Positions 57,661-64,000 of a stretch of 64,000 bases of DNA are shown here, in pieces. Positions within the stretch are counted from its first letter, which is position 1, and the number at the start of each line of letters is the position of its first letter. The notes under the pieces were generated by a model, which saw only the letters and a list, made by a program, of their open reading frames with translations, did not search any database and had not been told where the DNA came from. Location: the IMG/VR virus record IMGVR_UViG_2791355125_000001, positions 3,333-67,332 of that record; one strand, 5' to 3'. The stretch comes from a virus (taxonomy: Duplodnaviria; Caudoviricetes). Made by a program: the position numbers and the translations under genes.

Positions 57661-60600
57661 ATGTTCTGGAACTTTGTCATCGGGCTGGCGTCCTTTGCGC
57701 TCAACCTGATCCTGACGCCTAAGCCGCAGGATGCGAAGCCGGCATCCCTTTCGGACTTCAAAGCACCGACGGCGGATGAAGGCCGTGAAATCCCGGTTGC
57801 CTTTGGCACCAATGATTTCGCCGATCCGAACGTGGTTTGGTACGGGTCGCTTGGCACGGATGCCATCAAGGGACCGCGCCGCTATGGCTTTTTCGGGCCG
57901 CGTCAGACCCTTGGCTACAAGTATTACCTCGGCATGCACATGGGCCTCTGCCATGGTCCGGCAGACGAGATCCAGGAGATCCGCGTCGGCGATAAGGTCG
58001 CCTGGAAGGGTGCGTTCCGCGGCGGGCGGATGGGGATCAACAAGGAAAACCTGTTCGGCGGACAGGACCGCGAAGGCGGCATATCCGGCAAGCTCGACGT
58101 TGAGATGGGTGCCCAGGATCAGGGCCGGAACGACTATCTCGTTGCCAAGCAGGGACCGGATACACCGGCCTATCGCGGCATCGTCGGCATCGTACTGCGC
58201 GGCGTGTATCTCGGCACCAGCCCTTACATCAAGCCGTGGGCGTTCAGGATCAAGCGCATCTTCAAGCGTTCCGATGGCTCCGCGCAGTGGTATCCGCAGA
58301 CGGCAGAGGTTGCTGCGCCGATCGACACGACGAAAGGCAATCCGGGCATTGATCTCGGGGTCCACCTCAACAACGGAATCAATTGGGACACGTATGGCGA
58401 CTATATCCTGTGGCAGCACCACACGGGCGATCCGATCGTCTGGTCGATCCCTACAGGCAAGCACATCACCATAGCGCGGGAGGGGACCTGGGAGTTTGGC
58501 CCTCGCGGCCATATCACTGGCGACAATGAGATTGTCGTCAGGCAAGGTAGCGGTGGTACCGGAACGTCTTTGAAGTTCTACAAGCCGGATACCGGCGCGC
58601 TTCTTCAAAGCGTCGACATCCCAGGAACCGCGACCAACCATGGCTTCCTGATGGATGACATCGAGGTGGATGGCACCCGATGGGGAGTGGCCAGGTCTGT
58701 TGGCCCCAGCGCTGCGGCCAGCCGATGGAACCTCTTGAAAAAAGAGCCTGGGGGGCCTTGGTCGCTGCAATGGTCAGAGGCCGACACTGGAGAAAGCGTC
58801 GCAGCCATCTCCATGGGGCGAAAATACGTCTACGGCGTCACAGCCACTAGCTCGATGAATATCGTCAGGGTTGCTTGGCCATCCCTTGCATTAACTATCG
58901 TCGCTCCAACCGGCCTGACCGCGAACGTCCTGAACTGTCATTATTTCGACGACACGGACGAGGTCATCGTAGTCTGCGCAAATGGCGATATCCGTGTCTA
59001 TTCGGCCGATCTTTCGACGCTCAAGCGGTCGGCAATCGGGATAGCAAACGGCAGTGCCTGGGGGATGGCATCCAAGCGGATGAAAAGCGGGCCGGGAACC
59101 ATCGGTCTGCTCACCAACGTCTCGGGCGCGGTGAAGATCCGTCAGGTCGGCGTTTCGACGCTTGAGATCGTTCATACGATCAATGTCGCAGACACTAATT
59201 TTGTCGGGAAGGACGTTCCGCAACTCGGCCATGAAGCAGGTTTCAATGAAGAACACGGCAGCGTTCTGCTCGCGAACGGCCTGTTCCGGTCACTCTTCTG
59301 GTTCGTCACCGGGGCATCTTCCGGCGACATGAACCCAGCCCACATCATCCGCGAGTGCCTGACCGACAAGACGTGGGGGATGGGCTACAACGACGCCGAT
59401 ATCGACGATGCGAGCTTTCGCACGGCGGCGGATATCTTCTACGCCGAGGGCTTCGGCCTGTCGCTCAAATGGTATCGCGAAGAGGAGATCCGGGAGTTCG
59501 TTTCCCGCATTCTGGCGCATGTCGACGCCTATCTCTTTGTCGATCGCTCGACCGGCAAGTTCAGGCTGAAGCCGATCCGCAAGGACTACGACATCAACAC
59601 CATTCCGGTGATCAATGAAGATGTCGTGACCGACTGGACCGAGATCGAGCGGCGCCAGACAGCAGAGGCCGTCAATCAGGTCATCGTCAACTACTACAAC
59701 CGGGAAAAGCGCAAGACCGGCTCCCATGCCGTGACGAATATCGCCCAGGCTATGCAGTCGACCAGCGGCATCGTTTCCACAAGCCGCGGCTATCCCGGCA
59801 TCAACCATCGTGACCTCGCAATACGAGTGGCGACGCGCGATGTTCTCTCGCTGGGGGCGGGGATCATCTCAGGTCGCATTTCGTGCAAACGCACCGTCGA
59901 GAAGCTGAACCCCGGTGATCCGTTCCGGCTCGTATCTGACCGGCACAAGCTGTCGGGTGAAGTGATGCGCGTTGTTGATCAGGACTTCGGCGATGGGCGA
60001 TCAAACAAGATCGTCATGAAGTTCGTGCAGGACGTGTTCAATCTCGGCGCTGCGGTTCTGGTGGATAGTTCTGCCGAGGATGTTCCGGACACCCCCACGG
60101 CACCGGTATCGCCGCGGCTGATCTGGGAGATGCCATATCGGGAACTCCGGCAGATGATCGGCGATACCGATCTGGCCGCCATGCTTTCCGCTGATCCGAA
60201 AGCCGGCTTGCTCCAGATCGCCGGCGGGCGCCCGTCTGACAACGCACTCAACGCCATAGTCCAGGTAGGCGGCGGCAGTGTCTACAGTGACGCGGGCTCG
60301 CTCGACTTTGCGCCGAGCGCGGCACTGGATGCGGCAATCTCCGCTGACGCAACCGACGTTGCCGTGTCCGGTGAAATAGGGCTCGGTAACGTCTCCATCG
60401 GCTCGCTGGCGGTGATATTCGGCGAGGCCAGGACAGAGGTCGTACGCATCGATGCAATAGGTAGCGGCACGCTCACCATTGCGCGCGGCTGCCTTGACAC
60501 GGTTCCGCGTAGCCACACGAAGGGCACCGCAATCCTGTTCTTTGACGACTTCTCAGAATCGGATTTTGAGAAGCGGACGAACGGCGACAGCGTGTCGGTG

Positions 60601-61164
60601 CGGCTTCTCACGGTAACAAGTCGAGACGTGTTGGACACGGTCGATGCACCAGTCGACACGGTAACATTCGCCAGCCGCGCCATTCGCCCGTACAGACCCG
60701 CCAATGTGAAGGTGAACGGCAGCTCATCGGGTCCGGTTGATGCTATCTCACTCGATCCGATCCCGGTCACGTGGGCTCGGCGTAACCGGCTGACGGAATC
60801 GGCGCCGCTTGACTGGACCGCCGCTGATCAGGCGCCAGAGACTGGACAGACGACAACCGTCACGCTGACCGATCTGAGCGGCACGGTGGTGCGCACCTAC
60901 TCCGGGATTACGGGGACGTCGCAGGCAGTCGCCAAGGCCGATTTCGGTGGCGTCGAGCAGGGTTACATCGTCGTCTCGGCCGAGCGCGACGGTTACTCTT
61001 CGCTGCGGTCATACCGTATCCCGGTCATTCTCGCGACGCCAAGCCCATCGGACATTCTGATCGACAACAGCACGGTTGCGGTCACGACACCGATCGGGAC
61101 GCTGGTGGGCAAGCTTTCGGTAGTCGGCGGAACCGCGCCGTTCACCTTCGAGATCATTGGTTAA
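57661..61164 (+). CDS. Central tail tip/host-specificity protein
   Basis: GYKYYLGMH.GLCHGP, PAYRG, MNPAHIIRECLT, RGCLDT.P; ends in a half cadherin-like domain. Confidence 0.88.
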   Translation: MFWNFVIGLASFALNLILTPKPQDAKPASLSDFKAPTADEGREIPVAFGTNDFADPNVVWYGSLGTDAIKGPRRYGFFGPRQTLGYKYYLGMHMGLCHGPADEIQEIRVGDKVAWKGAFRGGRMGINKENLFGGQDREGGISGKLDVEMGAQDQGRNDYLVAKQGPDTPAYRGIVGIVLRGVYLGTSPYIKPWAFRIKRIFKRSDGSAQWYPQTAEVAAPIDTTKGNPGIDLGVHLNNGINWDTYGDYILWQHHTGDPIVWSIPTGKHITIAREGTWEFGPRGHITGDNEIVVRQGSGGTGTSLKFYKPDTGALLQSVDIPGTATNHGFLMDDIEVDGTRWGVARSVGPSAAASRWNLLKKEPGGPWSLQWSEADTGESVAAISMGRKYVYGVTATSSMNIVRVAWPSLALTIVAPTGLTANVLNCHYFDDTDEVIVVCANGDIRVYSADLSTLKRSAIGIANGSAWGMASKRMKSGPGTIGLLTNVSGAVKIRQVGVSTLEIVHTINVADTNFVGKDVPQLGHEAGFNEEHGSVLLANGLFRSLFWFVTGASSGDMNPAHIIRECLTDKTWGMGYNDADIDDASFRTAADIFYAEGFGLSLKWYREEEIREFVSRILAHVDAYLFVDRSTGKFRLKPIRKDYDINTIPVINEDVVTDWTEIERRQTAEAVNQVIVNYYNREKRKTGSHAVTNIAQAMQSTSGIVSTSRGYPGINHRDLAIRVATRDVLSLGAGIISGRISCKRTVEKLNPGDPFRLVSDRHKLSGEVMRVVDQDFGDGRSNKIVMKFVQDVFNLGAAVLVDSSAEDVPDTPTAPVSPRLIWEMPYRELRQMIGDTDLAAMLSADPKAGLLQIAGGRPSDNALNAIVQVGGGSVYSDAGSLDFAPSAALDAAISADATDVAVSGEIGLGNVSIGSLAVIFGEARTEVVRIDAIGSGTLTIARGCLDTVPRSHTKGTAILFFDDFSESDFEKRTNGDSVSVRLLTVTSRDVLDTVDAPVDTVTFASRAIRPYRPANVKVNGSSSGPVDAISLDPIPVTWARRNRLTESAPLDWTAADQAPETGQTTTVTLTDLSGTVVRTYSGITGTSQAVAKADFGGVEQGYIVVSAERDGYSSLRSYRIPVILATPSPSDILIDNSTVAVTTPIGTLVGKLSVVGGTAPFTFEIIG

Positions 61165-61176
61165 AGGATAGACGAG

Positions 61177-62196
61177 ATGACGGTCTTTTTTCAGGGCGCG
61201 GAAATGCAGGATTTCCCGACGGTCGTTGGAACGGTCACGCACCAGACGACTGCGGGAACTTTCACTTCCGCCAATGCAAGATGCTCCAACAGAACGGATA
61301 CGTCTGGGTCGGAGTACAGCCATTATCTTGAATCATCTGCTTTTTCATCGCCTGAATTCTGGACCCATTGCAAGTTCAGCGTAGGGTTCATGGGCAATAC
61401 GCCGTTCAATTTTCTGACGTGGTTTGCTGGTGGGACACAGCGGCTGGCCTTGCGCCAAAGTGCTGCTTCGTCCGGGCTGATGCAATTGCGCCGATGGGAT
61501 GGAGCGTCCTGGACCGTGCTCGCAACATCTGGGGCGACTTACGCGATCAACACTCTCTACGTTTTGGACATCTACGTAAAATTGGGTAATCCGGGTTCGG
61601 TGCGCGTCTATCTTGGCATTGCGGGGACGCCCGGCAGTAGTGTCCCTATAATCGCGGAAGACTCGCTTGATCTATCGTTTGGCGGAGCGGTCACGGCGTT
61701 GGACAAGGTGCGCTGGTCAGGCCAGAACGCCGGTGGCGGCGCATATACTTATTTCTCCGAATGCATTGTTGCCGACTGGAACACCATCGGCTCGAAGCTG
61801 GTCGCGCGAGCGCCGACCGCCAACGGCGCCTACTCGGAATGGTCAGGTGCGGGCTATTCCGCACTCAACGAACTGACGCCGGCCGCCACCTACATGACCA
61901 GCGGCGCGGCGGATCAGCGTATCTCCACCGTGATGGCTACTTTCCCGGCGCTCGGAACCGGAGAGCGGATCGAACGGGTGAAGGTGGCCGCTAACGCTTT
62001 ACGTGATGCTTCCGGCCCGCAAAAAATGAACATTTTCTACAGGGTGGCTGGCGCAGACGATCATAAGAGCGATCGAGCGCTAACCGTTTCCGCGGCGAAC
62101 TATACCGAGGCATGGGACATGTCCCCGGCCACTGGAACCTATTGGACACCGACGGAACTGAATGCGTCTGAACCAGGCGCGCGGTCGAGGGCGTAA
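61177..62196 (+). CDS. Virion adhesin subunit, distant homolog of 1800-2831
   Basis: LamG-like N-part; P.A.G...W..Y.AL.E; ends SPATGTYWTPTELNASEPGARSRA. Confidence 0.75.
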   Translation: MTVFFQGAEMQDFPTVVGTVTHQTTAGTFTSANARCSNRTDTSGSEYSHYLESSAFSSPEFWTHCKFSVGFMGNTPFNFLTWFAGGTQRLALRQSAASSGLMQLRRWDGASWTVLATSGATYAINTLYVLDIYVKLGNPGSVRVYLGIAGTPGSSVPIIAEDSLDLSFGGAVTALDKVRWSGQNAGGGAYTYFSECIVADWNTIGSKLVARAPTANGAYSEWSGAGYSALNELTPAATYMTSGAADQRISTVMATFPALGTGERIERVKVAANALRDASGPQKMNIFYRVAGADDHKSDRALTVSAANYTEAWDMSPATGTYWTPTELNASEPGARSRA

Positions 62197-62199
62197 GAC

Positions 62200-62526
62200 A
62201 TGGGTGTCAGCCTCGACAAGCTCCACGGCACAGCGGCCTACCGAGATCAGAACGCTGGCGACAACGTCGACAAGCAGTGGCTCGAGAAGCTGCATGTCAC
62301 GGCGATCTACCGCGACACCAAGGCTGGCTACACTGACCAGATCCTGTTCGACAAGATCCACGTCACCGCCGTCTACCGCTTTCAGGGGGCGGCATTCTCG
62401 ATCGTTGGAGATGAACTTCGAGTTGCTGGCGGGCTTACGGTCGGCACGCACAACGTCACCGTCAAAGCGACGGACGCCAACGGCAAGAGCTTCACAAAGG
62501 TAATCCCGATCACCGTGACGCCGTAG
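62200..62526 (+). CDS. Small scaffold: three KLHVTAxYR repeats plus C-half of a cadherin-like domain
   Basis: LDKLHGTAAYR / LEKLHVTAIYR / FDKIHVTAVYR, then FSIVGDELRV...VTVKATDANG.SF.K...ITVT. Confidence 0.75.
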   Translation: MGVSLDKLHGTAAYRDQNAGDNVDKQWLEKLHVTAIYRDTKAGYTDQILFDKIHVTAVYRFQGAAFSIVGDELRVAGGLTVGTHNVTVKATDANGKSFTKVIPITVTP

Positions 62527-62856
62527 GGCCGTTAATAAGGAAACAAGCCATGCGTGAAGACTATCGTGGGCGCGTAGCCCTTGAAATAGAGGACGGCGGC
62601 AGCACCAGCGTAGAAACCGACGCCAAGCCAAAGAGCATCTTTCACAATGCTGCGGGGCGATCTGTCTTCGGGCTGTGATATGGACTTTGCCAAGTTCAAG
62701 CGCATCGGTGCGCGTCTCCATCAACGAAAGGACCCGGCTCTCGAAGCGGCTATGGACCTATAGCCTTTGATGCTTCTCAAGCCGAGTCCTCGGGTTCCAG
62801 GGGAGGAACCAGGCTGGCGGGGGAAGTTGAAGCCTACACCAGCCTATTGTTATGGC

Positions 62857-63075
62857 TTAGCCGCCGCCGGCGCCGCCGCCAAGAGTGCACGTGCCGCCGT
62901 TGCCATTAAGATTGGTACACAGACCTTCAAATGCGGTCTTGACGTAACCGCCGATAGCCAGGACGGCAATGATGGCGGCGGCGGAGATGATGCCGACCAG
63001 GATTGAATATTCAACCATAGCGGCGCCGTCTTCTTCTTCACGGAATCGCCGAGCGACGTTCAAAATCTTTTCCAT
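62857..63075 (-). CDS. flp: Flp/Fap (Tad) pilin
   Basis: RRF.EEEDG/AAMVEY prepilin motif followed by a hydrophobic helix. Confidence 0.92.
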   Translation of the reverse strand: MEKILNVARRFREEEDGAAMVEYSILVGIISAAAIIAVLAIGGYVKTAFEGLCTNLNGNGGTCTLGGGAGGG

Positions 63076-63142
63076 TACGAGATACCCCTGATTAGACCCA
63101 ACGCAATACGAGTGAGGGTGTCCCCCGCTTCTCGTGATTTTG

Positions 63143-63278
63143 ATCATATGACTGCGATTATTTTGCCGTCAACTACATCTTAAGAGTTCGTTAACCGACA
63201 GGTACTTGGCACGAAAACATGCGTTGTCTCCAGCGCTATGAAATTGCTCACGAATTTGGCGCATTAACTGTTTCTTAA
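63143..63278 (-). promoter_or_regulatory. Pilin promoter with two CtrA boxes
   Basis: Minus strand TTGACG-N18-TATGAT; TTAA-N7-TTAAC 63180-63195; TTAA-N7-TTAA 63264-63278. Confidence 0.8.
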
Positions 63279-63369
63279 GAAGAGCGTTTCGGCAGCAATG
63301 CTTGCAGGTCTTTCGCCTATTCTTTGGCGGTAACTGGCCCGCCAAGTACTCACCCAAAAGGATCAAGCA

Positions 63370-64000
63370 ATGTTCGATCAACCCACCGTGGACGCGGTGC
63401 GGGCTCACGCCGCGCGTCTGAAGATAGAGCCGGCGATCCTGTTTGCCGTCATCGAGATCGAGAGCGGCGGGCGGTCCTTCGAACTGATCAAGGGGCGCAA
63501 GGAGCCGCTGATCCGCTGGGAGGGGCACTACTTCGACCAGCGCCTAACTGGTGACGAGCGCGACGAGGCCCGCAGGAAGGGACTGGCAAGCCCGCGTGCC
63601 GGGGCAATCAAGAACCCAGCCTCGCAGGTGAAGCGTTGGCAGATGTTGACCGATGCCTCGCGCATCAACCGACAAGCCGCCTACGAAAGCGCCAGCTATG
63701 GCGTCGGCCAGGTCATGGGCGCCCACTGGAAGAAGCTGGGTTTCGCCTCGGTTGACGCATTTGTCGCCAAGGCGCGCGAGAGCGTTGCGGGTCAGGTCGA
63801 GATCATGGTGCGCTACATCGAGGCCTTCGGGCTGGTCGACGAACTGCAGCGCAAGGACTTTTCCGCCTTCACACGCGGCTACAACGGCCCGGCCGGCATC
63901 AAGGGCGGCTACCACCTCCTGATGGCCAAGGCCTACGCGAGCAAAACCGGCAAGGCTCTTGCCTCGGTCGCCTCTGGCATGCTGCGCATGGGCTCACAGG
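63370..64000 (+). CDS. Endolysin (N-acetylmuramidase), 3' end outside window; closely similar to 1-841
   Basis: MFDQPTVDAVRAHAARL..AVIEIES..IRWEGHYF..YNGP; AAGGA SD. Confidence 0.9.
   Translation, partial: MFDQPTVDAVRAHAARLKIEPAILFAVIEIESGGRSFELIKGRKEPLIRWEGHYFDQRLTGDERDEARRKGLASPRAGAIKNPASQVKRWQMLTDASRINRQAAYESASYGVGQVMGAHWKKLGFASVDAFVAKARESVAGQVEIMVRYIEAFGLVDELQRKDFSAFTRGYNGPAGIKGGYHLLMAKAYASKTGKALASVASGMLRMGSQ

Larger units (their letters stand above)
30491..64000 (+). mobile_element. Prophage R (HK97-like head, siphovirus tail, serine integrase); right end outside window
   Basis: Serine recombinase, CI/Cro, HNH, terminases, HK97 portal/protease/capsid, tail and lysin in canonical order. 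Confidence 0.93.

Noticed and set aside
62550-62678. 42-aa ORF after the scaffold gene
   Set aside because: Has an SD-like motif but no recognisable features, so support is insufficient

Overview
High-GC alphaproteobacterial (rhizobia-like) DNA made up almost entirely of two siphovirus-type prophages lying back-to-back around a shared 45-bp tRNA-Met 3' fragment (att, 30491-30535). Prophage L (1-30490) is mostly on the minus strand. It has a tyrosine integrase, an Arc/Xis-type switch, an RNase H gene, a moron island with tRNA-Arg(UCG), lambda-like cos/terminase/portal/Clp-capsid genes, a tail, several adhesin modules and an endolysin. Prophage R (30491-64000) is mostly on the plus strand. It has a large serine integrase whose C-terminus is read through the tRNA fragment, a CI/Cro switch, HK97-like head genes, a tail, an Flp pilin moron with CtrA boxes and a very similar endolysin. 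Most interesting signal: both phages appear to encode a modular adhesin system. A LamG-like subunit that seems to lack its last beta-strand lies next to a scaffold carrying 3-4 tandem copies of a candidate donor strand. In L the scaffold is a probable head fibre with a GLGL anchor. In R it seems to dock on the tail tip through a cadherin-like domain split across two genes. All protein assignments come from reading motifs and gene order by eye; no database searches were run.
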